The notes under the pieces: generated by a model
What the model saw: only the letters and a program-made list of their open reading frames with translations
Databases searched by the model: none
What the model was told of the DNA's origin: nothing
Program-made: the position numbers and the translations under genes
DNA from: Phenylobacterium sp.
GTDB taxonomy: Bacteria; Pseudomonadota; Alphaproteobacteria; Caulobacterales; Caulobacteraceae
Direction: 5' to 3'
Length of the DNA: 64,000 nt
Assembly (NCBI RefSeq): GCF_004799395.1
Contig: NZ_SSMZ01000080.1
Span: forward strand, 5,705-69,704
Part shown: one piece after another, positions 9,478 through 19,768 of the stretch
Position numbering within the stretch: position 1 is the stretch's first letter
Layout of the letters: each line of letters starts with the position of its first letter

Positions 9478-10908
9478 ATGAACGCCCATTCCCCCGCTCC
9501 TTCGATCCTCGAGTCCGCCGGCGTCGACCCCCAGCGCGCCGAAGCCATCCTCGGCGACGCGCTGAAAGGCGCCGACGACGGGGAGCTGTTCGTTGAACGC
9601 TCCGAAAGCGAGAGCTTCCTGTTCGACGACGGGCGGCTGAAGTCGGCGGCCTATGACGCCACCGAGGGCTTTGGCCTGCGGGTCGTGGCCGGCGAGACGG
9701 CGGGCTACGCCCACGCCAGCGAGATCTCCGAAGGCGCCATAGGCCGCGCCGCCGATTCGGCCCGGCTCGCCAAGCGAGGCTATTCGGGCGCCGCCGCCGA
9801 GGCGCCGCGCGCCACCAACGCCAAGCTCTATGGCGAGGACGATCCGCTCGCCTCCCCGGATTTCTCCGACAAGGTCTCCCTTCTGCAGGAGATCGACGCC
9901 TGGGCCCGCGCCCGCGACCCGCGGGTGGTGCAGGTGATGGCCTCCCTGGCCGGCGAACGGCGCACAATCGAGATCCTGCGGGCTGATGGCCGCCTCCTGC
10001 GCGACGTGCGGCCGCTGGCCCGCATCAACGTCCAGCTCACAGTGGAGCGCGACGGCAAGCGCGAGAGCGGCTACTCCGGCGCCGGCGGCCGCGCTGGTTT
10101 CGAGGCCTGGATCACGCCCGACCGCTGGCAGGAACAGGTGGACGAGGCGCTGCGCCAGGCGCTGGTCAATCTCGACGCCATCCCTTGCCCGGCGGGCGAG
10201 ATGGACGTGGTCCTGGGCCCGGGCTGGAACGGCGTGCTGCTGCACGAGGCGGTGGGCCACGGCCTGGAGGGCGACTTCAACCGCAAGGGCACCTCGGCCT
10301 TCTCCGGCCGGATCGGCGAGCGAGTCGCCGCGCCCGGCGTCACCGTCTTCGACGACGGGGCGATCCAGGGCCGCCGGGGCTCGCTGACCATCGACGACGA
10401 AGGCACGCCCACCGGCCGCACGGTGCTGATCGAGGACGGTATCCTGGTCGGCTACATGCACGACCGGATGAGCGCGCGGCTGATGGGCCTGGAAGCCACC
10501 GGCAACGGCCGCCGGCAATCCTACGCCCACCTGCCGATGCCCAGGATGACCAACACCGGCATGATGGGTGGCGACACGCCGCGCGAGGAGATGATCGCCT
10601 CGACCAAGCGGGGACTCTACTGCGCCAATTTCGGCGGCGGCCAGGTGGACATCACCAACGGCAAGTTCGTCTTCCAGTGCACCGAGGCCTATCTGATCGA
10701 GGACGGCAAGGTCACCGCCCCGGTGAAGGGCGCGACCCTGATCGGAGACGGGCCGTCGGCGCTGACGCGCGTCACCATGATCGGCGACGACTTCTGCTTC
10801 GACAACGGCGTCGGCGTCTGCGGCAAGGCGGGCCAAAGCGTGCCCGTCGGGGTCGGCCAGCCGTCGATGAAGCTCACCGGCCTGACGGTAGGCGGCACCA
10901 GCCTGTAG
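9478..10908 (+). CDS. tldD: Metalloprotease TldD
   Basis: LLHEAVGHGLEGDFNRKG, PMPRMTNT and CGKAGQSVPVGVGQP motifs. Confidence 0.96.
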   Translation: MNAHSPAPSILESAGVDPQRAEAILGDALKGADDGELFVERSESESFLFDDGRLKSAAYDATEGFGLRVVAGETAGYAHASEISEGAIGRAADSARLAKRGYSGAAAEAPRATNAKLYGEDDPLASPDFSDKVSLLQEIDAWARARDPRVVQVMASLAGERRTIEILRADGRLLRDVRPLARINVQLTVERDGKRESGYSGAGGRAGFEAWITPDRWQEQVDEALRQALVNLDAIPCPAGEMDVVLGPGWNGVLLHEAVGHGLEGDFNRKGTSAFSGRIGERVAAPGVTVFDDGAIQGRRGSLTIDDEGTPTGRTVLIEDGILVGYMHDRMSARLMGLEATGNGRRQSYAHLPMPRMTNTGMMGGDTPREEMIASTKRGLYCANFGGGQVDITNGKFVFQCTEAYLIEDGKVTAPVKGATLIGDGPSALTRVTMIGDDFCFDNGVGVCGKAGQSVPVGVGQPSMKLTGLTVGGTSL

Positions 10909-11087
10909 CGAGCCGCGCGGGCGCCGGCGCTAGCCTTTGAGCCGGCGCTGCGCGCTTCTGAGGAGAGGCGTCCGCCGAGACGAACGGATGCATTCTGTCC
11001 GCGAATTAATCCACCTTACAGCCATTTAATTGGCGCCGCGGCGGCGGCGCAGGTCAGGTCCCCACGTTCTTGGGGAGCCTGTTCCGG

Positions 11088-13127
11088 ATGTTGCTTTTCA
11101 TTCTTGCCCAGGCGGCCGCGGCGGCGGTCGTGCCGGCGCAAGCCCCCGGTCCGGCGGTCGCCCAGACGGCCGCCCCGGCCCAGCCGGCGATCGTCAGCTA
11201 CGCCCCGGACTTCTTCAAAAGCATCAGCCCCAACACTGCGCTGGACATGGTCAACGCCCTGCCGGGCTTCGCGCTCGACACCGGCTCCGGCGTGCGCGGC
11301 TATGAAGGCGCGGCGGGCAATGTGCTGATCGACGGCCAGCGCCCGGCGACCAAGACCGAAGGCGTCGATTCGGTGCTGCAGCGGATGCTGGCCACACACG
11401 TGTCGCGCATCGACGTGATCCGCGGCGGCGCGCCCGGCATCGACATGCAGGGCAAGACGGTGATCGCCAATGTGATCACCAAGCAGGAGATCGGCGCGCG
11501 CGGCATCTTCCACTACGCCGACCAGCACGTCAGCGACGGCCGCCGGTTCGGCACCCTGCGGATCGAGGGCTCCGGCAAGGTCGGCGATCGCACCTGGGAG
11601 GGTGGTGTCACCGTGAGCGGTTTCATCGACGACGGCTTCGGCGACGGCCCGCGGACCGTCACCAACGGCGACGGAACACCGAACGGCGCGGCGCATATCC
11701 ACAGCCAGGGCTGGGGAACCCAGTCGATCGTCACCGGCGCCACCGAGGCGCCGCTGGCCGGCGGCAGCCTGCGGATCAACGGCCGGATCGGCAGCCAAGC
11801 CTACGACACCGCAGAACTCGATACCTTTAGCTTCCCCAACACCCACACCGAGCACGACCACCAGGACGATAACTATCTGCAAAGCGAGATCGGCGCCCGC
11901 TACACCCACGGCTTCGGAGCCCGCACCACGACCGAGTTCGTCGTCCTGAGGCAGGACAAGCACGAACTCTACGCCGACGCCTTCGACACCCCGACCGACG
12001 CCCAGGAGTTCCGCCAGGACACGACGACGTCGGAGACCATCCTGCGCGGCGTCGTGAAGTTCCAGCAGAACCCGAGCCTCTCCTGGGAGGCCGGCGCCGA
12101 GGGCGCCTACAACACGCTGGAAAACCACATCCTGTTCTCGGACAACGCGGTGTTCACGACCCTGCCGGCCGCCGATGTCGAGGTCGACGAGAAGCGCGGC
12201 GAGACGTTCGGCAAGGCGGTCTGGCGGCCGTTCTCGACACTGACCGTCGAGGGCGCGGTGCGCGAGGAGGGCTCGAACATCGCCTCAAGCGGCGACGTGA
12301 ACCTGTCGAAGACCCTCTACTACACCAAGCCGCGGCTGGCGGTGACCTGGGCGCCGGACGCCGACAACCAGTTCCGCTTTCGCTACGAGCGCGAGGTGGG
12401 GCAGCTGGATTTCGGCGCCTTCGTGGCCTCCACGACGCTCACCGCCGGCGTCGTCACCGCAGGCAACCCGAACCTCGTCCCGCAGCAGGACTGGGCCAGC
12501 GAGATCGCCTATGAGCGACGCTTCTGGGGCGGCGGCGGCCTGGTGCTCACCGCGCGCCACCTGGAGATCACCGACGTCGTCGACCGCGCGCCGCTCCGCG
12601 CACCGGACGGCACGTTCTTCGATGCGCCCGCCAACATCGGCGCCGGCAGCGAGAACGACTTCCTGGCGACCCTGACCGTGCCGCTGGACAAGCTGGGCTT
12701 GAAGGGCGCGGTGATCCGCGGCGACTACACCCGCCGGGTGTCGGAGGTGACCGACCCCACGACCCACGAGCGCCGCCCGATCAGCAACCAGCACCCCTCC
12801 GACTGGGACGCCCACTACTCGCAGACCATCGGCAAGGTGATCTACGGCGTCGACCTCTACGGCGGCTGGCAGCAGCGCAACTACCGCTTCAACCAGATCG
12901 AGATTGACAAGCTGCAGACCTATGTGACGCCCTACGCGGAGTGGAAGCCCAATCCCAAGCTGACCTGGCGGGTGGAGCTCGACAACGTCACCGCCCGAGG
13001 CTTCAAGCACACGTTCGAGAATTGGGACGGTCCCCGCAACCTCGTCCCCCTGGACACCGTCGACCTGCGCAGCGTCCACCCCGGCCGGGTGATCTACATC
13101 CGCCTGCGCAAGACCTTCGGGGACTGA
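11088..13127 (+). CDS. TonB-dependent outer-membrane receptor (short type)
   Basis: Signal peptide, plug motif ALDMVNALPGF...NVLIDGQRP, GNPNLVPQ, and beta-strand C-terminus YIRLRKTF. Confidence 0.88.
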   Translation: MLLFILAQAAAAAVVPAQAPGPAVAQTAAPAQPAIVSYAPDFFKSISPNTALDMVNALPGFALDTGSGVRGYEGAAGNVLIDGQRPATKTEGVDSVLQRMLATHVSRIDVIRGGAPGIDMQGKTVIANVITKQEIGARGIFHYADQHVSDGRRFGTLRIEGSGKVGDRTWEGGVTVSGFIDDGFGDGPRTVTNGDGTPNGAAHIHSQGWGTQSIVTGATEAPLAGGSLRINGRIGSQAYDTAELDTFSFPNTHTEHDHQDDNYLQSEIGARYTHGFGARTTTEFVVLRQDKHELYADAFDTPTDAQEFRQDTTTSETILRGVVKFQQNPSLSWEAGAEGAYNTLENHILFSDNAVFTTLPAADVEVDEKRGETFGKAVWRPFSTLTVEGAVREEGSNIASSGDVNLSKTLYYTKPRLAVTWAPDADNQFRFRYEREVGQLDFGAFVASTTLTAGVVTAGNPNLVPQQDWASEIAYERRFWGGGGLVLTARHLEITDVVDRAPLRAPDGTFFDAPANIGAGSENDFLATLTVPLDKLGLKGAVIRGDYTRRVSEVTDPTTHERRPISNQHPSDWDAHYSQTIGKVIYGVDLYGGWQQRNYRFNQIEIDKLQTYVTPYAEWKPNPKLTWRVELDNVTARGFKHTFENWDGPRNLVPLDTVDLRSVHPGRVIYIRLRKTFGD

Positions 13128-13130
13128 CGC

Positions 13131-14900
13131 CTACTTCGTGTCGCTCGCGCCGTGGGCCCACCGCTTCAGCCAGGGCGACAGGACGATCATCAGGACGCCA
13201 GCGCCCAGGCCCCAGAGGCCGATCATCGCGAAGACGTGGCTGTAGGTGGCCAGCGCCTTGCCGGCGTCGAGCACCTGGCCGCCGATGGTGTCGGAGGCGG
13301 TGAGTTGGGCGATCTTGGCGGCCACGAACTGGGCACCGGCGGTGCCCAGGAACCAGGTCGCCATCAGGGTCGAGATCAGGAGCGGCGGGGCCAGCTTGGT
13401 CATTTGCGACAGGCCCACCGGGGAGACGCACATCTCGCCCGTCGTCTGCATCAGATAGGCCGCGGCGAGGAAGATCAGCGGGCTCTTGAAGTCCGCGCCT
13501 GCGAACTGCGCCCCGAAGATCAGCACGTAGTAGCTGGCCCCGATCATCAGGAGGCCGACGCCGAACTTCGCCACCGGGTTCGGATCTCGGCCCAACCGGC
13601 CGAGGAAGGTCCAGAGCGCGGCCATCACCGGCGCCAGGACCAGGATCCAGCCCGACTGGAAGGACTGCGCCTGGGCGGGCTTCATGGACTGGTCGCCGTA
13701 GAGGTGCAGGTTGACGTTGCGCTCGGCGAAGAGGTTCAGCGACGAGCCTCCCTGTTCGTAGAGGGCCCAGAACACCACCGAGGCCAGGATCAGCACGATG
13801 GCCAGCAACAGGCGTTCGCGCTCGACCTTGTCGGCCCTGGTAGCCATGTACCAGACCAGGTAGCCCAGAACGGCGACGGCGCCGACGCCCAGCAGGACGC
13901 TGACGATCGCGAAGCTCTGCACCACCACCCAGATCGCCGCGACGCCAAGCAGGGCGCCCAGATAGATCAGCCACTCGGTGTTCAACGGCCCCGCTACCGG
14001 CTTGGCCAGCGCTACAGGGTCGGCCGGCTCGCCCTTGCCGTCGAGCATCGGCTTGCCCAGCACGAAGACGATCCAGCCCAGGGCCATGCCGACGCCGGCG
14101 GCGCCGAAGCCCGCCCACCAGCCGATCGTCTGGCCCAGCCAGCCGCAGGTGATCGAGGCAAGGAACGAGCCCAGGTTGATGCCGTAATAGTAGAGGGTGA
14201 ACCCGGGATCGCGGCGCGGGTCGCCCTGGCTGTAAAGCTCGCCGACAATGGCCGAGATGTTCGCCTTCAGGAATCCGACGCCCATGATGATCAGGGCGAG
14301 CGCGAGGAAGAGGATGTTCTTGAAGAGCGGCGACTGACGGGCGACCGAGATCTGGTAGTCGCCCTTGGGCATGTGCGACGGAAGGGGCGCGGTGGCCGGC
14401 AGGCCCTTGATGTTCAGGCCGCCGTCGGCGGCGGCGGAATAGGCGTAAGGCGTTCCGCCGACCAGCAGCCGCACTTCGCGGGTGTCGGCCCGACCGGTGA
14501 CCTGGAAGTTGTAGGCCGCCCCGTGGGTGGTCAGCACCTGGGTCGCAGGCTCGCCCTCCAGCGCCATGGTGAAGTGTCCGGCCACCAGCAGCAGGGCCCC
14601 GAAGGCCACCGCCTTGCGGGCGCCCAGGAACCGGTCGGCGAGGAACCCCCCGATCACCGGCAGCAGATAGACCAGCGAGGTGTAGGCTCCGTAGGAGCCG
14701 GCCGCGGTCGTGTCGTCGAACAGGAAGTGCTGGGTCAGGTAGTAGATCAGCAGACCGCGCATGCCGTAGTAGGAGAACCGCTCCCACATCTCGGCGAAGA
14801 ACAGGATCCGCAGGCCCCTGGGATGCTGGCGAAGCTGCAGGACGACCGGAATGGCCGTGACCGCCGCGATGACGATCCCGGCCACGATGACGATGTCCAT
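13131..14900 (-). CDS. Proton-dependent oligopeptide transporter (POT/PTR, MFS)
   Basis: EMWERFSYYGM, FTLYYYGINLGS and GEMCVSPVGLS motifs. Start trimmed to MDIVIVAG. Confidence 0.93.
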   Translation of the reverse strand: MDIVIVAGIVIAAVTAIPVVLQLRQHPRGLRILFFAEMWERFSYYGMRGLLIYYLTQHFLFDDTTAAGSYGAYTSLVYLLPVIGGFLADRFLGARKAVAFGALLLVAGHFTMALEGEPATQVLTTHGAAYNFQVTGRADTREVRLLVGGTPYAYSAAADGGLNIKGLPATAPLPSHMPKGDYQISVARQSPLFKNILFLALALIIMGVGFLKANISAIVGELYSQGDPRRDPGFTLYYYGINLGSFLASITCGWLGQTIGWWAGFGAAGVGMALGWIVFVLGKPMLDGKGEPADPVALAKPVAGPLNTEWLIYLGALLGVAAIWVVVQSFAIVSVLLGVGAVAVLGYLVWYMATRADKVERERLLLAIVLILASVVFWALYEQGGSSLNLFAERNVNLHLYGDQSMKPAQAQSFQSGWILVLAPVMAALWTFLGRLGRDPNPVAKFGVGLLMIGASYYVLIFGAQFAGADFKSPLIFLAAAYLMQTTGEMCVSPVGLSQMTKLAPPLLISTLMATWFLGTAGAQFVAAKIAQLTASDTIGGQVLDAGKALATYSHVFAMIGLWGLGAGVLMIVLSPWLKRWAHGASDTK

Positions 14901-15035
14901 GTGACGGCTCTGGCCTCTTCTTAGCGGAGGCGCGCCGCCCCCGAGGCGCGCGCCGTCATGATTGCGCCGCAGAAAATCACCTAGACCCCCTGAGCACAAG
15001 CTGGCCCGGTCCCCATCTAGGGTCACCGTCCGCGC

Positions 15036-15061
15036 GGAGCCTGGGCCAGCGCTCCTGCGTT
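15036..15061 (+). promoter_or_regulatory. Possible general-stress ECF (SigT/EcfG) promoter
   Basis: GGAGC-N17-CGTT, one mismatch from GGAAC-N16/17-CGTT, 24 nt upstream of the DUF427 ATG. Confidence 0.4.
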
Positions 15062-15085
15062 ACGAACCGCTGAAGGAGACATGCC

Positions 15086-15622
15086 ATGAAGACGCCCGGC
15101 CCCGACCACCCGATCACCCTGGAGCCCGGCGCCACGCGCTGGCGCGCCCAGTTCGCCGGCCATGTGATCGCCGACAGCGCCGAGGCGCTGATCCTGCGCG
15201 AGTCCACCTATCCGCCGGTGGTCTACTTCCCCCGCGTGGACGTGGAGATGGGCTTCATGAGCCGGACCGACCGCGGCACGCACTGCCCCTACAAGGGTGA
15301 CGCCAGCTATTTCACCGTGCTGATGGACGGCCAGTTCGCCGAGAACGCGGTCTGGACCTACGAGCAGCCCTTCCCGGCCATGGAGGCCATCGAGGGCCGG
15401 CTCGCCTTCTACACCGACAAGATCGAGGTCTATGAGGTCGCCAACGCGGCGGCGAAGCCGGAACAACCCGCCCCTCCCAAGCCCAAACCGGACGAGGACT
15501 TCGCCATCACCGTCGACGACGTGGTGCAGCACACCGACTCCGGCTCCGGGAACTCGCAGAGGGAGCATTGGGCGGCGAACGTCTCGACACCGGCCAGCAC
15601 CGACGACGGCGGATTGCGCTAG
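15086..15622 (+). CDS. DUF427 domain protein
   Basis: PPVVYFPRVDV, THCPYKGDASY and AVWTYEQP motifs; strong SD (AAGGAG). Confidence 0.88.
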   Translation: MKTPGPDHPITLEPGATRWRAQFAGHVIADSAEALILRESTYPPVVYFPRVDVEMGFMSRTDRGTHCPYKGDASYFTVLMDGQFAENAVWTYEQPFPAMEAIEGRLAFYTDKIEVYEVANAAAKPEQPAPPKPKPDEDFAITVDDVVQHTDSGSGNSQREHWAANVSTPASTDDGGLR

Positions 15623-15658
15623 CCTTCCCCTCCCCTCCCCGCCCCGGGAAGGGACGGC

Positions 15659-17014
15659 TCAGTAGGCGAAGTTCTCGAAGACCTTGCTGGCGTCGCCGGC
15701 CCAGGGGCCGTTGTAGAGCTCAAGCAGGCGCTCGGCCTGGGTGATCCCGCTGTCGGCGATCTCGTCGAGTTGGCTGAGGTAGTTGCTCTCGTCCACCATG
15801 CCGCCGGAGAGGCGGTTGCGGCGCCGCAGGCCGTCGCGGGCGATGGCCAGCATGTCCTTGGCCACGTCCTGCACCGAGCGGCCGGCGATCTGCGCCTTCA
15901 ATCCGATCCGCGCGACGTCGGCGCGCAAACGCTCATGGTCCTCGATCTTCCAGGCCTTGCAGAGGTCCCAGGCGGCGGCGAGCGCGGCGGAATCGTAGAA
16001 GATCCCCATCCACAGCGCCGGCAGCGCACACAACGCACTCCAGGGGCCGGAGTCCGCGCCGCGCATCTCCAGGTACTGCTTGAGGCGCACTTCTGGGAAG
16101 ATGGTGGTGGTGTGGTCGGCCCAGTCCTTGATTGAGGGCTTCTCACCTGGCAGTTCGGCCAGCTTGCCGTCCATGAAGTCGCGGAACGAGCGGCCGGCCA
16201 GGTCGATGTAGCGGTCGCCGCGCTTGGCGAAATACATCGGCACGTCGAGCGCGTACTTCGCATAGGTCTCGAAACCGAAGCCGTCCTGGAAGACGAAGTC
16301 CAGCATGCCGGTGCGGTCGGGGTCGGTGTCGGTCCAAACATTGGCGCGGGCCGAGACGAATCCGGAAGGCTTGCCCTCGATGAACGGCGAATTGGCGAAG
16401 AGCGCGGTGCAGATCGGCTGCAGCGCAAGGCTGGTCCGGAACTTCGCCACCATGTCGGCTTCCGAGCCGAAGTCGAGATTAGCCTGCACAGTGCAGGTGC
16501 GGAACATCATGTCCAGGCCGAGCCCGCCGACCTTGGGCATATACTCGCGCATGATCTTGTAACGGCCCTTTGGCATCACCGGCACCTGGTCGCGCCGCCA
16601 GATCGGCGTGAAGCCGAGGCCCAGGAACCCGATGCCGAGCTCGTCGGCCACGACCTTCACCTCGGCCAGGTGCTGGCCGGTCTCCTCGCAGATGTCGTGG
16701 ATGGTCTCCAGCGGCGCGCCGGAGAGTTCGAACTGGCCGCCGGGCTCCAGGCTGACATTGGCCTTGCCGCGCTCCAGCGCGATGACGTGGCCCGCCTCCA
16801 TCACTGGGGTCCAGCCGAAGCGGGTCATCCCGTCCAGCAGCGCTTTGATGCCGTTCGGCTCATAGGGAACCGGTTCGTGCGTCCCCAGGCGGAAGACGAA
16901 CTTCTCGTGCTCGGCGCCGACGCGCCACTGGTCCTTGGGCTTCGAACCCTTATCGAACCAGGCGACCAGGTCTTCGAACGTCAGGGGACGGTCGTCCGTG
17001 GCGGTCTCGGCCAT
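15659..17014 (-). CDS. gshA: Glutamate--cysteine ligase (alphaproteobacterial/plant type)
   Basis: GAEHEKF, SLEPGGQFELSG and FPEVRLKQYLEMRGAD motifs. Confidence 0.95.
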   Translation of the reverse strand: MAETATDDRPLTFEDLVAWFDKGSKPKDQWRVGAEHEKFVFRLGTHEPVPYEPNGIKALLDGMTRFGWTPVMEAGHVIALERGKANVSLEPGGQFELSGAPLETIHDICEETGQHLAEVKVVADELGIGFLGLGFTPIWRRDQVPVMPKGRYKIMREYMPKVGGLGLDMMFRTCTVQANLDFGSEADMVAKFRTSLALQPICTALFANSPFIEGKPSGFVSARANVWTDTDPDRTGMLDFVFQDGFGFETYAKYALDVPMYFAKRGDRYIDLAGRSFRDFMDGKLAELPGEKPSIKDWADHTTTIFPEVRLKQYLEMRGADSGPWSALCALPALWMGIFYDSAALAAAWDLCKAWKIEDHERLRADVARIGLKAQIAGRSVQDVAKDMLAIARDGLRRRNRLSGGMVDESNYLSQLDEIADSGITQAERLLELYNGPWAGDASKVFENFAY

Positions 17015-17102
17015 GCGTTTCCTTCCCCATCCCAACCGGGACCGCGTTCACGCGGCGCTGCTCTTTACGTTGAGGGGATAGGTGGGCGCAATCGGGCGAA
17101 GC

Positions 17103-17837
17103 TCAAGGGGCGCCCTTTGGAGTCCAGTCGCCGAGCGCCGCCTGCCAGAGTGTCAGCGCGCTGATCGCGGCGGTGTCGGCGCGCAGGATGCGGGGCCCGA
17201 GGGAGGCTGGCGCGGCGCAGGGGAGCGCGCGGAGCCGGTCGCGCTCGGCGGGCGAGAAGCCGCCTTCCGGGCCGATCAGGATCGCCCAGGGGCCGGCCGA
17301 CTGGTCCTTGAGCGCCTCGAGGACCGGCTTGGCGTCGCCGGCCTCGTCGCAGAATAGCAGCTTGCGACCCTCCTCCCAGCCGTCGATCAGCTTACCGAGT
17401 TTCACCGGCTCAAACACCTCGGGCACATCCAGCCGGCCGGTCTGTTCGGCGGCTTCGGTGGCGATGGCGGTCAGTCGCTCGACGCGGGCGCGGTCGGCGT
17501 TGGTGCGTTCGGTTAGCACCAACCGCACCCTGCGCGCGCCGAGTTCGGCGGCCTTCTCGACAATGGTCTCCACCCGCCCGCGCTTCACCACGGCCACGAT
17601 CAGGTCGAGGTCCGGCCCGGTCGCCTGGAGTCGCGTCTGTATCTCCGCCCGCAAGCCGACAGCGCGCTTGGTCACCGCGGTGATGGCGCTCAGCCACTCC
17701 CCGTCGCGGCCGTTGAAGAGGGCGACCTCGTCGCCGACGCCCTGGCGCATCACCGAGGCCAGATAGTGGCTCTGGTCGCGGTCGAGCGCCAATTCGGCGC
17801 CGGCCTCCAGGTGGTGAGGAATGAACAAACGGATCAT
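17103..17837 (-). CDS. rsmE: 16S rRNA m3U1498 methyltransferase
   Basis: KAAELG, AAEQTGR and IGPEGGFS...LGPRILRADTAA motifs. Confidence 0.95.
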   Translation of the reverse strand: MIRLFIPHHLEAGAELALDRDQSHYLASVMRQGVGDEVALFNGRDGEWLSAITAVTKRAVGLRAEIQTRLQATGPDLDLIVAVVKRGRVETIVEKAAELGARRVRLVLTERTNADRARVERLTAIATEAAEQTGRLDVPEVFEPVKLGKLIDGWEEGRKLLFCDEAGDAKPVLEALKDQSAGPWAILIGPEGGFSPAERDRLRALPCAAPASLGPRILRADTAAISALTLWQAALGDWTPKGAP

Positions 17838-17883
17838 CGTCTCGTTCTAGCGCCCAGGGCTTCATCGGGACTAGGGTCAAGGC

Positions 17884-18645
17884 ATGGCGAAAGACGACGA
17901 CTACACGCGCGAGCTGGAAAGTCTGCAGGCGGCCCTGGTGCGTTTTCAGATCGCGGCCCTCAAGTCCGGGGAGAAGTCCCTGGTGATCTTCGAGGGCCGC
18001 GACGCGGCCGGCAAGGACGGGGCGATCAAGCGGATCACCGAGCACCTGTCCGTGCGCAACACCCGCGCCATCGCGCTCCCCAAGCCCACCGAGCGCGAAC
18101 GCTCGCAATGGTACTTCCAGCGTTACGTGCGCCACCTGCCGGGCGCCGGCGAGTTCGTCCTGTTCAACCGCTCCTGGTACAATCGCGGCGGCGTCGAGCC
18201 GGTCATGGGCTTCTGCACGCCGGACGAGCACGAGGCCTTTCTGCGCGACGCGCCGGGCTTCGAGGCCATGCTGGTGGGCTCGGGTCTGAAGGTCATCAAG
18301 CTCTGGCTCGACATCAGCCGCGAGGAACAGGCGTCGAGGCTGAAGGCCCGCAGGTCCGACCCCCTGAAGGCGCTGAAGGTCAGCCCGCTTGACGGCGTCG
18401 CCCAGGAGAAGTGGGACGCCTACACCGATGCCCGCGACCAGATGCTGAGGCGCACCCATACCCGCGAGGCGCCCTGGATCATCGTGCGCACCGACCACAA
18501 GAAGAAGGCCCGGCTGAACACCATGCGCTACCTGTTGAAGGAGCTGGCGCCCAAGTCGATCGCCAAGGGCGTCGACAAGCCCGACCCCAAGGTGGTCTTC
18601 GAGTTCGAGACCGAGGCCCTGACCGATGGACGGCTGGACCGCTAG
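17884..18645 (+). CDS. ppk2: Polyphosphate kinase 2
   Basis: FEGRDAAGKDG, WYFQRY and FNRSWYNRGGVE motifs. Confidence 0.93.
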   Translation: MAKDDDYTRELESLQAALVRFQIAALKSGEKSLVIFEGRDAAGKDGAIKRITEHLSVRNTRAIALPKPTERERSQWYFQRYVRHLPGAGEFVLFNRSWYNRGGVEPVMGFCTPDEHEAFLRDAPGFEAMLVGSGLKVIKLWLDISREEQASRLKARRSDPLKALKVSPLDGVAQEKWDAYTDARDQMLRRTHTREAPWIIVRTDHKKKARLNTMRYLLKELAPKSIAKGVDKPDPKVVFEFETEALTDGRLDR

Positions 18646-18657
18646 AAGAGGATCGCC

Positions 18658-19638
18658 ATGGAACAGGTTCGTCTGGGCAAAACCGGGCTGAAGGTCTCCC
18701 GCCTCTGCCTCGGCTGCATGACCTATGGCTCGCCCAAGTGGCGGAGCTGGGTGCTGGACCAGGAGCAGGCCAAGCCGTTCTTCCAGAGCGCCATCGAGAA
18801 GGGGATCACCTTTTTCGACACAGCCAATGTCTACTCCATCGGCGAAAGCGAGGTGGTCACCGGCCACTGGCTGCGCGAATTCGCCAAGCGTGAGGAGATC
18901 GTCGTCGCCACCAAGGTCAACGGACCGATGGGCAAGGGGCCGAACGAAAAGGGCCTCAGCCGCAAGTCGATCATGGCCCAGGTCGACGCCAGCCTGACCC
19001 GGCTCGGCATGGACTACGTCGACCTCTATCAGATCCACCGCTTCGACTACGAGGTCCCCATCGAGGAGACGCTGGAGGCGCTGAACGACGTCGTGAAGGC
19101 CGGCAAGGCCCGCTACATCGGCGCGTCCTCCATGTACGCGTGGCAGTTCGCCCGCATGCTGGCGGCCAGCGAGAAGCACGGCTGGGTGAAATTCGTCTCC
19201 ATGCAGCCGCAGCTGAACCTGGTCTATCGGGAGGAGGAGCGCGAGATGCTGCCGCTCTGCCGGGCTGAGGGCATTGGGGTCATTCCCTGGTCGCCGCTGG
19301 CCCGCGGTTACCTGGCCGGCGGCCGCGCCGCGCCTAAGGAAGGCAACACCGAGCGCGCGCGGACCGACGAGTTCAGCCCCCGCCTCTACTACACCGCGGC
19401 CGACGGGCAGGTGGTCGACGCCGTGGGCGAAATCGCCAGGGAACGCGGGCTTTCCAACATGCAGATCGCGCTCGCCTGGGTGCTGCGCCACAAGGCCGTG
19501 ACCGCCCCGATCATCGGCGCCAGCAAGCTCGGTCACATCGACGAGGCGGTCTCGGCGGTCGGCGTCGAATTGAGCGACGACGAGGTCAAGCGGCTGGAGG
19601 CGCCCTACCAACCGAAACCAGTGTTAGACCACGCCTGA
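18658..19638 (+). CDS. Aldo/keto reductase
   Basis: LCLGCMTYG, FFDTANVY, DLYQIHRFD and PWSPLARG motifs. Confidence 0.93.
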   Translation: MEQVRLGKTGLKVSRLCLGCMTYGSPKWRSWVLDQEQAKPFFQSAIEKGITFFDTANVYSIGESEVVTGHWLREFAKREEIVVATKVNGPMGKGPNEKGLSRKSIMAQVDASLTRLGMDYVDLYQIHRFDYEVPIEETLEALNDVVKAGKARYIGASSMYAWQFARMLAASEKHGWVKFVSMQPQLNLVYREEEREMLPLCRAEGIGVIPWSPLARGYLAGGRAAPKEGNTERARTDEFSPRLYYTAADGQVVDAVGEIARERGLSNMQIALAWVLRHKAVTAPIIGASKLGHIDEAVSAVGVELSDDEVKRLEAPYQPKPVLDHA

Positions 19639-19705
19639 ATCCCGCTTTGTTCGCTGTCTCAAAGGGGGAATGATCAAGCTGTTAACCATTCTTAAACACA
19701 TGGTT

Positions 19706-19720
19706 GTTCGGTTTTTGTTC
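19706..19720 (+). promoter_or_regulatory. LexA (SOS) box, alphaproteobacterial type
   Basis: GTTC-GGTTTTT-GTTC (GTTC-N7-GTTC), 48 nt upstream of the ycaQ-like ATG. Confidence 0.8.
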
Positions 19721-19768
19721 GCAAGCTAGGCTGCCGGCTCGCTGGCGCTTCCGGAGCTTCGCTTCCCC

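Noticed and set aside
11003..11032. AT-rich AATTAA...TTAATT inverted motif before the TonB receptor as a Fur or CtrA site
   Set aside because: It matches neither consensus well. It may be an operator but cannot be assigned.
19682..19695. Full CtrA box TTAA-N7-TTAA
   Set aside because: The spacer here is 6 nt (TTAA-CCATTC-TTAA), so only the half site is reported.
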